Source of the DNA: Thermodesulfobacteriota bacterium
GTDB lineage: Bacteria > Desulfobacterota_D > UBA1144 > Nemesobacterales > Nemesobacteraceae
Direction of reading: 5' to 3'
NCBI GenBank assembly: GCA_965204035.1
Contig: OZ241964.1
Location: 1,905,251-1,969,250 of the forward strand
Length of the DNA stretch: 64,000 nt
This document shows, in pieces, positions 8,853 through 18,609 of the stretch (the stretch's first letter is position 1; every line of letters begins with the position of its first letter). A model generated the notes under the pieces. The model saw only the letters and a list, made by a program, of their open reading frames with translations, did not search any database and had not been told where the DNA came from. The position numbers were made by a program, and so were the translations under genes.

Positions 8853-9620
8853 TCAGGGTTCAAAATTCCGGATTTTCATATAAGTAGATTCCAGTTGCTC
8901 TTTGTTGCCTAAGCACCAGCCACGCCCCTTATGAGTAAGGGAACAATGGGGTTCTTCATATTCGAGAGTAGGAGTAATTTTTATCATATCCCAGAATTCC
9001 AGCCTCCCAAAAGCATCATCCCTGTCCTGTTGGCTATACTCCAACATTTTCATTATTTTTATCAGACTTGATACGCCTCCGTCGGAATTATTCATATCCG
9101 GGTTGCAATAAAGAAACGTAAGAATAGTCAGTTCGGCTCCTTCAAATTCATCCTCATCGCAACTGGTACCGGTTGCGACAGGTTTTTTTTCTTTCTTTGC
9201 AGGTTTTTCCCCGCTGACGGCCTTGCGGAGCCTTTTTTCAATTTCCTCCTGCAGTTCCTCCCAGTCGCCCTGAGAAGTAGTGCCGTAAGAATAAGCCTCC
9301 CTCTGGTTCACGTCAAAAGGCAGTTTGTCCCGCTTGTCCTTCTCGCATATCAGCACTACCGGGACGTCATGACCGTGCGCGAAGCCCAGCTCGTACCAGA
9401 CGTTCGGATTGTCTTCGCTTATTTCAGCCAGGCAGACGGCGGATTTTTCAATTTCCTCCATGATCACCTGAATCTTTAATCTCGTCGCGTCATAATCCTC
9501 ATCCACGCGATAAGGAACCAGACCCGCTTTCTCTATAGCCGGTTTGTAGGTCTCTTCGCACCGTTTTTTATATTTATTCGTAAGTGGCTGAATGATGAAG
9601 CATTTTCTTTTCTCAGACAT
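8853..9620 (-). CDS. nucleoside 2-deoxyribosyltransferase-like / SLOG-fold domain protein with unknown C-terminal domain
   Basis: N-terminus KCFIIQPL...AVCLAEISEDNPNVWYELGFAHGHDVPVVLI resembles the NDT-like Rossmann signature (hydrophobic strand ... D/E..wElGyA.g..KPVi). Start taken at MSEKRK. Confidence 0.45.
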   Translation of the reverse strand: MSEKRKCFIIQPLTNKYKKRCEETYKPAIEKAGLVPYRVDEDYDATRLKIQVIMEEIEKSAVCLAEISEDNPNVWYELGFAHGHDVPVVLICEKDKRDKLPFDVNQREAYSYGTTSQGDWEELQEEIEKRLRKAVSGEKPAKKEKKPVATGTSCDEDEFEGAELTILTFLYCNPDMNNSDGGVSSLIKIMKMLEYSQQDRDDAFGRLEFWDMIKITPTLEYEEPHCSLTHKGRGWCLGNKEQLESTYMKIRNFEP

Positions 9621-9718
9621 TCTTCTAACCCCCAAATTGATTTTTTATCGGTTTAACTTCCTGATATATTCCCCTGTCTCTTCCAGACTGATTCTGATTT
9701 CTGGAAGGATATTCCCGT

Positions 9719-12700
9719 CTATACTTTCAGAGTCTCAATCTCGTCGTCAATCCTTCTCAACATTTTTCCGGCCCAGCGTCGGACTGTTCCTTTTTCATGA
9801 TTTTCGATGCTCCGCAAAGGTTCCATATAGCGGGCGAGATGTTCCGCCTCCGAACCCCATCCGGAAAAAGTACGCATGTTTGCCGCCAAAACGTCCAATA
9901 CTTCCTCGCGTTTCCCGAACTCATCAAGAAGACGCTTAATCACCGGATGAAATTCTTCGGATGCGGTTTCCCGGTCACGCTCTTTGAGCAATGGGAAAGT
10001 CTCCGCAACAAATGCCGGCCCGGTTTCGGGACTTGAGTAACACCACCCGAAAAGCATGTTCTGCGGAAGACTCAGAATTGGCTTTGTACCGTCTCCGGAA
10101 GACAGTTCTCCTCTTAACATCTTTGAGAGTCGCCATGAGCGCATTTCGCTTTCCGATGAGAGATCATCCTCTTCCGTCAGGACTCCGCTTATCAGCGGCC
10201 ACACAATTTCCGCAAAATTTGACAAGAGGCCAGGCAGAACGTGTGCGATCATCTTCTGGTCATTATACGTAAGGTCTTCGGTAGCGAGCTGCTTGGCGAT
10301 AGTGATTGCCACTTTCCGGGCATCGGTATCGGTGCTTCCTTTTGATATTATCCAGTTCATCAGAGTCTCGTAGCAGTGTTCATGGGACGACTTGTCATAG
10401 ACTTCTTCCGTATTGATCATGGGATATCTGGCCACGAGCAACAACTGGGGTCGGAAGTATTCTAAACATTCCTCTCGTTTGTACGCATATGAGTATATGA
10501 AATCCAGCGCGAGGCCGAAACTTGAAGAATTCTCTTTTTTGAGCAGCAAATCAAACAGAGGAATCACTTCGTCCGGTCGCAGTTTGGACAGCACACTGGG
10601 GTTCCATGCGAACATTTCACGGTGCGATATAAATCCCGCTTCCAAAGCTTCAATTAACAGTTCCACATCATCGGGGCTGATGCCGACATATAAAGGTAAT
10701 CTCGGAAAAACAGAAGCGAAAACGGAAGATCTTACCGACTCCCGTTTGAACCTCTCAACCTCTTTGGGTTCCCGTTCTTTCAGCCCCGTCATATAGCCGA
10801 CCAGAAAGTCGCCGTCTCGCTCTTCTTCCGAGGCAGACTCGAACGCTTCCGTTATTTTCTTTTTCCAGTAAAGGGGGGCCTCGGCCTGTTCCGCCATAAA
10901 GTACCCGAAAAGTCGGGCGTTTCGGTGTCGGCCGACGCACAATTCAGGTATGAGTTTCGTAAGCTCAGTCTCACGGACAAGCAGTTCTCCAGCGAGTTCT
11001 CTGAGCTTTTTGCACTGAAGTTCAAACATCTTATCGTGATCAATGTTTTTTCTCTTGAGATAATTAAAGGGCATCTCCGTGATCAGGAACCGGATTCGGT
11101 CATCCAAATCCTCCGGTTCCAAGGTGCGGATAAGGGCTTCCACTCTTCGCTCAACGAGGGGATCAATATTGTCTAGGCTGTATTCCAGAAATTTTTCAAG
11201 AGAATCAAGCGCTTCAGGCCAACATGGATGTTTTTCTTTTATCTCACGCGTCCATCTCTCGACATCTTCTATCAATCCGTCCGATACATACTTGCGCCAT
11301 TTCAGACCCAGCTCAACTCTCGCTCTTTTACCTATGTCGTCTGACCGTCTTGCAAGTTTCACCAAGTGACTGACGCACCCCTTAACATAATCCCAGAACT
11401 CCGATTCAGTCTCTGGCAACCATGGTTCAAGGGAGGGGCGGCTTCCGTGGATTTCCGGTCCCGTATAACGACGGAAACGATCACCTGTTTTCGCACCTTC
11501 AAGCAAGGCGTCGACTAGAACAGGCAGGTAGGAATCTGAGTGGTCCCAGTAATCATCCACAAGTTCTCCAATGAGATCAAGGCGTTTCCCTGAACCTGCG
11601 GCTGTGTTTGCTAAATACACGGGGAAAAGAGATTTAAACCGATCCCTGGCATTATTTATGATGTTTTCGCTTTCACCGCACGCAAGTTCCAGTAAAAGCA
11701 CCGCGGCATCTTCAAATGTATTTTCCGCAAATGCAATCTTTGAGAGCGTAGCAGTCAGGTCGCGGCGCGCGGTTCCGGTTATCTCCCTAATTTGAACTCG
11801 TTTCAGCGGACCCAGAATATCTTTTAGTACATCGACTGTGCCCCGAGGGTCTATTTCCGCAAGCCAGACCAGTATTCTCAAATTGCTTTTCCATACTCCC
11901 GGCGAACGCGAAAACATCCTATTTCCTAACATATGGCGAACTACCCTAGTCGCTATGGACTCCATGTTGAGAGAGGCAAGCTGTTTGGCCACCCTCTCCC
12001 GTAACCGTTCGGAAAGAGTTCCTACCAGAACTTCTTCCCGCTGTTTATTGCCCCATTCCTCCCACTGCCACCGAGCAAGAATGAGCGCTGCGCACTCCGG
12101 TTTTAGAATTGCGAGGCCTCCCTGCTGACGGACAACCCCGCGTCTTTTCAATTTCCGTACAGCTCCACGAAAATCTTCAACAGAAATGGTGTTTGAAAAT
12201 TCCGCGATCTCCTCGAGTTCTGTCTTTTCATCGTAAACCGCTTCTGTTGCCACGCCGCCGAACGCGCTTACAATCATCGCGGCTTCGTAGACATATTCCT
12301 GAGAATCCCCGCCAAGTAATTTTCGGACAAGGAAATCTTCATTCTCCGAAGCGGTCAATCCTTTCTCCATCCATGACCCGGCGATTATCCGGGCGCAAGT
12401 AATATCGCCTTCCGAAAAGACAATTATGCGTCGGCGGTCCGTCTCGATTATGCCGGGATCAAGAGATTTAATTATGTTTTCGACAAGAGAATTTTCAGCG
12501 GCGCCCACAACGAGCGTGTTTTCCGATTCTTCCGCGTTAGGGGGAATCTCCCAGCTGATGGTCACCAGAGAGAGACTGCTGACTGAATGCTTAACAATGC
12601 TGACAAGGTCTATGCGGGTCTCCTCCGAGCAACGGTCAACAACCAGCACAACCCGTTTCCCGGAGTTCGCAAGATTCGTCGCGTATTCCTTTATTTTCTG

Positions 12701-13735
12701 GGAACCGGCTTCCGACTCAACCGCGTAAAGCACTAGGTCGCTTAACTTCGCTCCCGAAATTCTCTCAGTTTTGGTCGGGCCGAAAGCCTCCAGAGCGAGG
12801 CGCGATTTTCCGGCACCTGACAGTCCGACGACCCGAGCGACACCTTTCGGAGTTTCGACAATGGCACGCAGTCTTTCCCGGAAACCCGGCAGCCGCGGGT
12901 CGTCAATCCAGGGCGAGTCGCAGTGTTCCGGCCTGCCGGACCAATGCTTCCAGTCCTCGAAAAAAGAGTCTATAAGTCCCGGTCTCGTCTTCCGTAGAAG
13001 CCAGATGGCTACAGAAGGATGATAGTTCACCCATGAAGCTATCTGGCCCGAATCGCGAAACTGGACAGAAGGGTCTTTGAAACCGTGGTTTCCCAAGTTT
13101 TTTCTTATTTCGTCTAAACGCCTATCAATCAGGTTTTGGGTGTAAGGACTGGAACAGAGCATTATGTATGAAGCGCCTCTTTCAAGCGCTTCTCGAACCA
13201 TGGGCCTTAGCTTGTTCTCCGCGGTAAGAACTTCATCTCCAGCTTTTTTGGGAGAAACATACCCCGTCTTTAACTGAAACTGGCAGAACCGTCTCGGGAG
13301 GAAATGCGTGCGCGGCGGGCCGTCCCGCCATTCTATGCGCGCGTCCTCGCCGCCGTCGGGGGCAGCCGTTTCGAAAGCGACGTGAATTCCATCTAACGGA
13401 AGATTACACTGCAGGGCTTCGGCAACTAGCAGCTTTTCGACCAAGGTGCTGAATTCAGAAGGCTTTAATCTTGAAACATCCTCATCCGTAACATCAAACG
13501 GGGTTGTCGCCGGTTTTTTCTCCTCGACTTCCTGCCCGGTTATCTCCGGCAGCCTTTCCGGTTTTTTCTCCAATAATCTCAGTATCCTTACCAAAGCTGC
13601 GGAAGGTTTTACCGAACCTTTTTCGTATTTCGCAAAAGCACTGGAACCGCCACCTAGCAACTCTCCGGCTTCGGCTTGCGACAAACCCAACGATTGCCTT
13701 ATTTCTTTTATTTTCTGGGGATTCATTCTTTTCAA
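9719..13735 (-). CDS. Avs/AVAST-like STAND NTPase: N-terminal XRE-type HTH + Mrr-like PD-(D/E)xK nuclease + P-loop NTPase + long helical-repeat C-terminus
   Basis: HTH: IKEIRQSLGLSQAEAGELLGGGSSAFAKYEKG. Mrr_cat-like: PSEFSTLVEKLL...DGGEDARIEW...CQFQLKTGYVS. Walker A VVGLSGAGKSRLALEAF; Walker B RVVLVVDRCSEE. About 800 aa of helical repeats follow. The listed start is a TTG; an in-frame ATG lies 9 nt downstream. Confidence 0.55.
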   Translation of the reverse strand: MKRMNPQKIKEIRQSLGLSQAEAGELLGGGSSAFAKYEKGSVKPSAALVRILRLLEKKPERLPEITGQEVEEKKPATTPFDVTDEDVSRLKPSEFSTLVEKLLVAEALQCNLPLDGIHVAFETAAPDGGEDARIEWRDGPPRTHFLPRRFCQFQLKTGYVSPKKAGDEVLTAENKLRPMVREALERGASYIMLCSSPYTQNLIDRRLDEIRKNLGNHGFKDPSVQFRDSGQIASWVNYHPSVAIWLLRKTRPGLIDSFFEDWKHWSGRPEHCDSPWIDDPRLPGFRERLRAIVETPKGVARVVGLSGAGKSRLALEAFGPTKTERISGAKLSDLVLYAVESEAGSQKIKEYATNLANSGKRVVLVVDRCSEETRIDLVSIVKHSVSSLSLVTISWEIPPNAEESENTLVVGAAENSLVENIIKSLDPGIIETDRRRIIVFSEGDITCARIIAGSWMEKGLTASENEDFLVRKLLGGDSQEYVYEAAMIVSAFGGVATEAVYDEKTELEEIAEFSNTISVEDFRGAVRKLKRRGVVRQQGGLAILKPECAALILARWQWEEWGNKQREEVLVGTLSERLRERVAKQLASLNMESIATRVVRHMLGNRMFSRSPGVWKSNLRILVWLAEIDPRGTVDVLKDILGPLKRVQIREITGTARRDLTATLSKIAFAENTFEDAAVLLLELACGESENIINNARDRFKSLFPVYLANTAAGSGKRLDLIGELVDDYWDHSDSYLPVLVDALLEGAKTGDRFRRYTGPEIHGSRPSLEPWLPETESEFWDYVKGCVSHLVKLARRSDDIGKRARVELGLKWRKYVSDGLIEDVERWTREIKEKHPCWPEALDSLEKFLEYSLDNIDPLVERRVEALIRTLEPEDLDDRIRFLITEMPFNYLKRKNIDHDKMFELQCKKLRELAGELLVRETELTKLIPELCVGRHRNARLFGYFMAEQAEAPLYWKKKITEAFESASEEERDGDFLVGYMTGLKEREPKEVERFKRESVRSSVFASVFPRLPLYVGISPDDVELLIEALEAGFISHREMFAWNPSVLSKLRPDEVIPLFDLLLKKENSSSFGLALDFIYSYAYKREECLEYFRPQLLLVARYPMINTEEVYDKSSHEHCYETLMNWIISKGSTDTDARKVAITIAKQLATEDLTYNDQKMIAHVLPGLLSNFAEIVWPLISGVLTEEDDLSSESEMRSWRLSKMLRGELSSGDGTKPILSLPQNMLFGWCYSSPETGPAFVAETFPLLKERDRETASEEFHPVIKRLLDEFGKREEVLDVLAANMRTFSGWGSEAEHLARYMEPLRSIENHEKGTVRRWAGKMLRRIDDEIETLKV

Positions 13736-13856
13736 CCCTCTGCTTTGACATATAATATCACATTGGTATAATATATCAATATGGTAAATATTTTCTCAGA
13801 AAAAATTGTTGCCACGCTGATTTAAAAACACAGGAATATCATGGAGGAATCGTGTT

Positions 13857-14060
13857 ATGCCAAGCGAGACAGACCAGATTGGGATTATCCTGAGGATAGA
13901 CAGCGATAGGTTCTACTGCGAAAAAAAACCCAGTCAATTTACGGAGGATCAATCCGAGGCCGACATACTTACGGATGCAGAAGCGGAAAGAATTCGGAGA
14001 ATCCTTGTTCACAGGGGCTTAAGAAGGGTCACCAAAATATCGGTGTTGCCGGGATATTGA
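13857..14060 (+). CDS. small hypothetical protein (67 aa)
   Basis: Good RBS ggaggaatcgtgttATG. No family recognised. Confidence 0.3.
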   Translation: MPSETDQIGIILRIDSDRFYCEKKPSQFTEDQSEADILTDAEAERIRRILVHRGLRRVTKISVLPGY

Positions 14061-14127
14061 CCTGAAATTCTGAGCATGTACGCAGTAAATCTAGCTGGAC
14101 AATCCTAATTCTTGGGACAACACCAAC

Positions 14128-14982
14128 ATGAACGCACAACTCAAAGAAAAGTTTATCAAGCGGATTGATCAGCTTTTAGAAAAAGCCGAGGAGGTAAAAG
14201 CTACTGAGGAGCCACCACCGACTAGTAGTGGCGGAATTGCCTTTATCGGATTCCCGGCAACATTAGACAGTATGGCCTTTTTCGAATGGAAGAGCAGTGC
14301 AGAAAATTTAATTGCCCAAATCGTTAGCAAAGACAGTTCCGACTACAAAAATTTCCTAGACGAAGTAAAAGATGAGCACAGAAGTCACGTCGACCGCGGT
14401 ATCGGGATTTTAAATTCTTTAAAAGATAGATTGCAATCGGGATTTCTTGATTTAACTTCAATTGAAGGTTCCCAAACACTCGGGGTTGATAATAGCAAGA
14501 CAATAAAGACATCTCGAGAGGTGAAAACGAAGAAAAACAAGGTTTTCGTGGTTCACGGACACAATGAAGAAATCCTGTTGAAAACCAAAGACTTTCTTGA
14601 AAAACTCCAGCTGGAACCAATAATTCTTAGAGAGTTGCCCGATGAGGGTCGGACGATTATCGAAAAGTTTATGGAATATTCCGCTCAGGCTGGATTTGCC
14701 GTTGTTCTATTAACCCCGGACGACAAAGGTGGAAGCAGATCAGATTCGTATAAAAATCAAAGGTTCAGGGCTCGGCAGAACGTAATCCTTGAACTCGGTT
14801 TTTTTCTTGGTTCTCTTGGAAGAAAACTTGTATGCGTCCTTTATCAAAGAGATGTCGAAATCCCCTCAGATTATAAAGGCGTGCTGTTTGTGGAAGTTGG
14901 CGACACCGATGGGTGGCGAATAAAGCTGGCCCGAGAGATAAAAAAAGCAGGTCTTGAAGTTGATCTAAATCTGCTTGCTTGA
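14128..14982 (+). CDS. protein with C-terminal TIR-like (SLOG/'predicted nucleotide-binding protein containing TIR-like domain') domain
   Basis: KVFVVHGHNEE...GRTIIEKF...AGFAVVLLTPDDKG...NVILELGFF matches the FVvHGhd...g.tI..k.e....a.fAvvLlTpDD signature of bacterial TIR-like/SLOG domains. The N-terminal ~140 aa are unknown. Confidence 0.5.
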   Translation: MNAQLKEKFIKRIDQLLEKAEEVKATEEPPPTSSGGIAFIGFPATLDSMAFFEWKSSAENLIAQIVSKDSSDYKNFLDEVKDEHRSHVDRGIGILNSLKDRLQSGFLDLTSIEGSQTLGVDNSKTIKTSREVKTKKNKVFVVHGHNEEILLKTKDFLEKLQLEPIILRELPDEGRTIIEKFMEYSAQAGFAVVLLTPDDKGGSRSDSYKNQRFRARQNVILELGFFLGSLGRKLVCVLYQRDVEIPSDYKGVLFVEVGDTDGWRIKLAREIKKAGLEVDLNLLA

Positions 14983-15037
14983 TAGTGGTCGTGGTTTCAA
15001 GCTTGCCTTTCTTTGAGGTTTTGTCAGCAAAAAACCG

Positions 15038-15748
15038 ATGCCTGAAAAAAAACTCTTTCTAATACCATGCTGCGCTTCCAAAAAACATGACGGCCATTCC
15101 CGCTCCGCCGCGCCCGACCCTCTAAGCCGTTTAGTTTCGGAGGCGACTTACTCCGCCATTCTGGAAACCAGGAGGGAGGTGCTCTCGGGCATTCGCCAAG
15201 ACAGGAGATACCTGTCCGGAAAATACGAAAAAAACAGGAGACTTGAACCAGGACCGGACTTCGGCGGACAGAGCGCATCCGGACTTTACCTCCCAGCCGT
15301 ACAAAGATATAAAGGCACGCTTTACTCAAACGCCCCCGCCCTTTCATCAGGGAGCGACCGGGGCGGCCGGATTCTCATCCTGTCGGCACTCTACGGACCG
15401 CTTCACCCCCTGAGCCGCATTCAGGACTACAACCTGCAGATGAGCGATAAGCCCGCCTACGGAACATGGAAGAAGCGCCTTCCGGGTTTTCTTCGGAACT
15501 ACGCTCTTTCTAACGGGATTCGGGAGGTTCACCTCTTTTTCGGAAGCAGCACGTACTATCTGAAAGCGGCGCAAGCCGCCGTGGAACCCCTGTTAAAAGA
15601 GAAACTGATTAAAAAAGCGATCCAGTATCACGTCGTTGGCGGAAGCACGAGGCTGACATCCCAGACACACGGCGAACTGCTCGAAGACTTTCTGAATCGG
15701 GGAAGCACAGACGAACTTCCCGGGAACGTCGAGGAGCGCGCTTTATGA
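15038..15748 (+). CDS. YaaA/DUF328 (UPF0246)-like protein
   Basis: LFLIPCCASKK (cf. YaaA LILISPAKT), GLYLPAVQRYKGTLY and RILILSALYGPLHPLSRIQDYNLQM (cf. YaaA RILSGLYGLLRPLD.I.PYRLEM). Overlaps the next gene by 4 bp. Confidence 0.45.
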   Translation: MPEKKLFLIPCCASKKHDGHSRSAAPDPLSRLVSEATYSAILETRREVLSGIRQDRRYLSGKYEKNRRLEPGPDFGGQSASGLYLPAVQRYKGTLYSNAPALSSGSDRGGRILILSALYGPLHPLSRIQDYNLQMSDKPAYGTWKKRLPGFLRNYALSNGIREVHLFFGSSTYYLKAAQAAVEPLLKEKLIKKAIQYHVVGGSTRLTSQTHGELLEDFLNRGSTDELPGNVEERAL

Positions 15749-16518
15749 GTGAGGAGTGCCGGTTCATACATGATCTCGCGGGGAAGCTCGACAGGCATAA
15801 ATTTCCTTTCGAACCCCAACGAATTCCCGAAAGCGGAATATATCTGCTCTTTGAGGCGGGGGAAACCGCCCTTGGAACCGACCGAATCGTTCACGTCGGA
15901 ACGCACTCGGGAAAGCGGGGGCTCAGGTCAAGGCTCCGGGAGCACGACACTCCCAACAAGGACCGGAGCATACTGAGGAAGAACATCGGCCGGGCCCTTT
16001 TGCGCGAAAGCGGGAATCCCTTTCTTGAGAAATGGAACCTTGACCTCACCTCAAGGGAGGCGAGACGGAAACACGGCCCGTCCGTCGACTTCGAACGACA
16101 GAGGGCAATTGAGGAGGCCGTGACGGACCGGATCCGGAGAACCTTTTCCTTCGTCGCGTTCCCCGTGGAAGACAAGGATGCCCGGTTCAGACTCAAGTCG
16201 GGGATTATATCCACCTTGTCACGATGCGACTGCTGTCGACCGTCGGAGCAATGGCTGGGCGGATATTCTCCAAGAAGCAAAATTCGAGAAAGCGGCCTCT
16301 GGCTCACGCAGGGGTTGGGCAAGGAACCGCTGTCAGGAGATGAAATCAGCTACTTGCGGGCAATGGTGCCGCGAACGGATGGAACATTCCAGAGCACCGG
16401 AATCCTTTCGAAAAGCTCGATGACCGGAAAACAAATTCCTCCCCGGAGAGTCGGACTCAACCGAATCGCCTCTCCACCTGTCCGGAATTATTCGGGCCAA
16501 TCAGAAAAGCGGACCTGA
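15745..16518 (+). CDS. GIY-YIG nuclease-domain protein
   Basis: GIYLLFEAGETALGTDRIVHVGTHSGKRGLRSRLREH gives the GIY-(x10-11)-YVG ... R...H motif. C-terminal ~150 aa unknown. ATGA overlap with the upstream gene. Confidence 0.55.
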   Translation: MSEECRFIHDLAGKLDRHKFPFEPQRIPESGIYLLFEAGETALGTDRIVHVGTHSGKRGLRSRLREHDTPNKDRSILRKNIGRALLRESGNPFLEKWNLDLTSREARRKHGPSVDFERQRAIEEAVTDRIRRTFSFVAFPVEDKDARFRLKSGIISTLSRCDCCRPSEQWLGGYSPRSKIRESGLWLTQGLGKEPLSGDEISYLRAMVPRTDGTFQSTGILSKSSMTGKQIPPRRVGLNRIASPPVRNYSGQSEKRT

Positions 16519-16641
16519 CCGGACGCGTCCTTGTTTCTACTGAAACGCCCATCTTTTTTTTTCTTTCTCCTAGGTTTATTGGGAATAACGATGAAAAACC
16601 CTGGTTTCCGGTCCGGGAGAAAATCCCTCTCCACTATCAAA

Positions 16642-16692
16642 AGGGCAAAAAAAAAGCGGGCAACCTTTGTTAGGGAGCCCGCTTCGTTCAAG
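16642..16692 (-). terminator. rho-independent terminator for the minus-strand outer-membrane gene
   Basis: On the minus strand, stem agcgggc/gcccgct with a ~15-nt loop is followed by T9 (plus strand: aaaaaaaaagcgggcaacctttgttagggagcccgcttcg). Confidence 0.6.
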
Positions 16693-16719
16693 CTTTGTGA
16701 GCTTTGTTTTGTTTTGTTC

Positions 16720-18270
16720 TTATTTCATGAACTGATCGATGTAAACCATCAGCCTTGTCTGAAACGCCCAGATCGTATCATCGGCGCTGCTAGTGTCCCC
16801 GTTGGCAGCTCCATGAGCCTCAATCAGGTCAGTAAGACCGTCACCGGCGATTACCAAGCTTCCGATCAAGTCAAGGTTTACGCCCGGATGAAGCGTCCAG
16901 GTAAGCGTTCCCTCAACCTCGGTTCCGAGGTACTCGGCAACCTCTGCGGCACCAATACCCGACCCGAAGTTAGCTCCGTAAAAACTACTATCAAAAGCTG
17001 AAACCGCATGTGTCTCGTCGTTCCAGGCAATCAGAACCTGAGGAGTGAACCCTATGTTCTCGGCAATAGTCACGTTCGCGTAAGCCTTGGCGTAGATAGC
17101 GTTTATAACGCTTCCTTCTATATTATAAACAGTCGGAATGACATGCTTGAAGAGAAGGTTATCTACGTTATATGCAGGGCTGAACGGAAGGGCGTTACCT
17201 TCGATCGTGAGAGGCGTAGAAGCATCGTCACCTTGCGCCCAACCGGCTTCAATACCTATCGCGCTTACCTGAGCCATCATTGAAGGATAGACCTCAAGAC
17301 GGGCCGCCATGTCGAAAGCGTAGTCAAATTCAACATCAGTACCCGTAAAATCGACACCTCCAAGCGGCGTAGTATCACCGGCAGCTAACTCTCCCCCTCC
17401 GAACATCTGAACTTCGTAGGTGAAGCTCCAGTTAGCAGCTTTAAGTACTAGAAGACCTGCGTACAAGGAAGTGCGGTCAACATCCCAATTGTATCCCAAG
17501 CCGGGACTGAATATGTTTTGCTGATGCAGGTACGGGAATCCGTACGCTCCCACGGTCACGTTGACATCTCCCATCTGCTGGTTGTAGATACCCGCCGCGG
17601 CAAGTATGTCATAGCCTGTGCCTTCGGAACTGGCGAACAGGCTGGTACCCTGAGTGAATACGTCAGACACGAGAACCAAGGTGAAGGTTCCGGCGCCCGC
17701 TGGGAACGACTTTAACCAAAGCAACCTGTCAACCACGAAACCGAGGTCTGAATGCGGATCGTGTCCGCCGTTTGCGAGAATCCCGAGACCCCAGTCAAAA
17801 GGCTGGCGTCCTATCCTCACGAAACCAAGGTTGTTCGGAAGAACTATGTCCGCGTGAAGCATGCGAACGCTAAAATATCCGATATCGTCAAAAACACTGC
17901 TTGAACCGCCGGCTTTAGCGCCATGTAAAATAGCGCCCCTGAAGCGATCGTTTGGTCTGAGATCGGACAGAACCACGCTGTCACCACCTCCACCAAAGAA
18001 ACCGCTGGTAACGCCACCCCATACCATGTTGTTCGCAACATCGATCTGAGCCCTAACGGTAACCGCGTCGCTTAGGCCCATCTGCGGGGTGACCCTGAGC
18101 GTCGTATCAGTAACATTAATCCTCTCACCGCTAAAAGTGGCATTGTCAATGACACGAGTTCTCGTTCTCAAGTAACTCGGAAATCCGCCAAGCGACCAGT
18201 CTATCGCGAATGACGGGATCGACATGCCAAGAACGGCGAAAAATATTATAAGCCATCTGGCTTGAATCAT
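16720..18270 (-). CDS. outer-membrane beta-barrel protein (porin-like), signal peptide present
   Basis: N-terminal signal MIQARWLIIFFAVLGMSIPSFA. Alternating hydrophobic beta-strand pattern throughout and Gly/aromatic-rich. Family not identified. Confidence 0.4.
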   Translation of the reverse strand: MIQARWLIIFFAVLGMSIPSFAIDWSLGGFPSYLRTRTRVIDNATFSGERINVTDTTLRVTPQMGLSDAVTVRAQIDVANNMVWGGVTSGFFGGGGDSVVLSDLRPNDRFRGAILHGAKAGGSSSVFDDIGYFSVRMLHADIVLPNNLGFVRIGRQPFDWGLGILANGGHDPHSDLGFVVDRLLWLKSFPAGAGTFTLVLVSDVFTQGTSLFASSEGTGYDILAAAGIYNQQMGDVNVTVGAYGFPYLHQQNIFSPGLGYNWDVDRTSLYAGLLVLKAANWSFTYEVQMFGGGELAAGDTTPLGGVDFTGTDVEFDYAFDMAARLEVYPSMMAQVSAIGIEAGWAQGDDASTPLTIEGNALPFSPAYNVDNLLFKHVIPTVYNIEGSVINAIYAKAYANVTIAENIGFTPQVLIAWNDETHAVSAFDSSFYGANFGSGIGAAEVAEYLGTEVEGTLTWTLHPGVNLDLIGSLVIAGDGLTDLIEAHGAANGDTSSADDTIWAFQTRLMVYIDQFMK

Positions 18271-18609
18271 CTCTCCTTACCTCCTGTAAATTTATATTCC
18301 AAAATTAACAACCGCGCCCCAGTTTCCTAAACCGGACGCAGAATATAATCAAACTCTTTATAAGCTTACTACAAGAGCAAGCCTGATTTCAAGCGTTTTT
18401 TCCCTTAACGGAAAATTACACCATCTCTTAATACGCCTTTAACAATAAACTATGAAGGCGGCTGTGTCAAGAGTTTTTGACCGGAACCAGCCTCAACGGA
18501 CTTAAAAACAGTACCGATCTGTCAGCCCAGGCGATACCAAAACAGCCTCATTAATCCCGGCCGGCGCGTAAACGCGAGAAGTCCCGGCCAAGCCCCGCTT
18601 TCGCAATAA

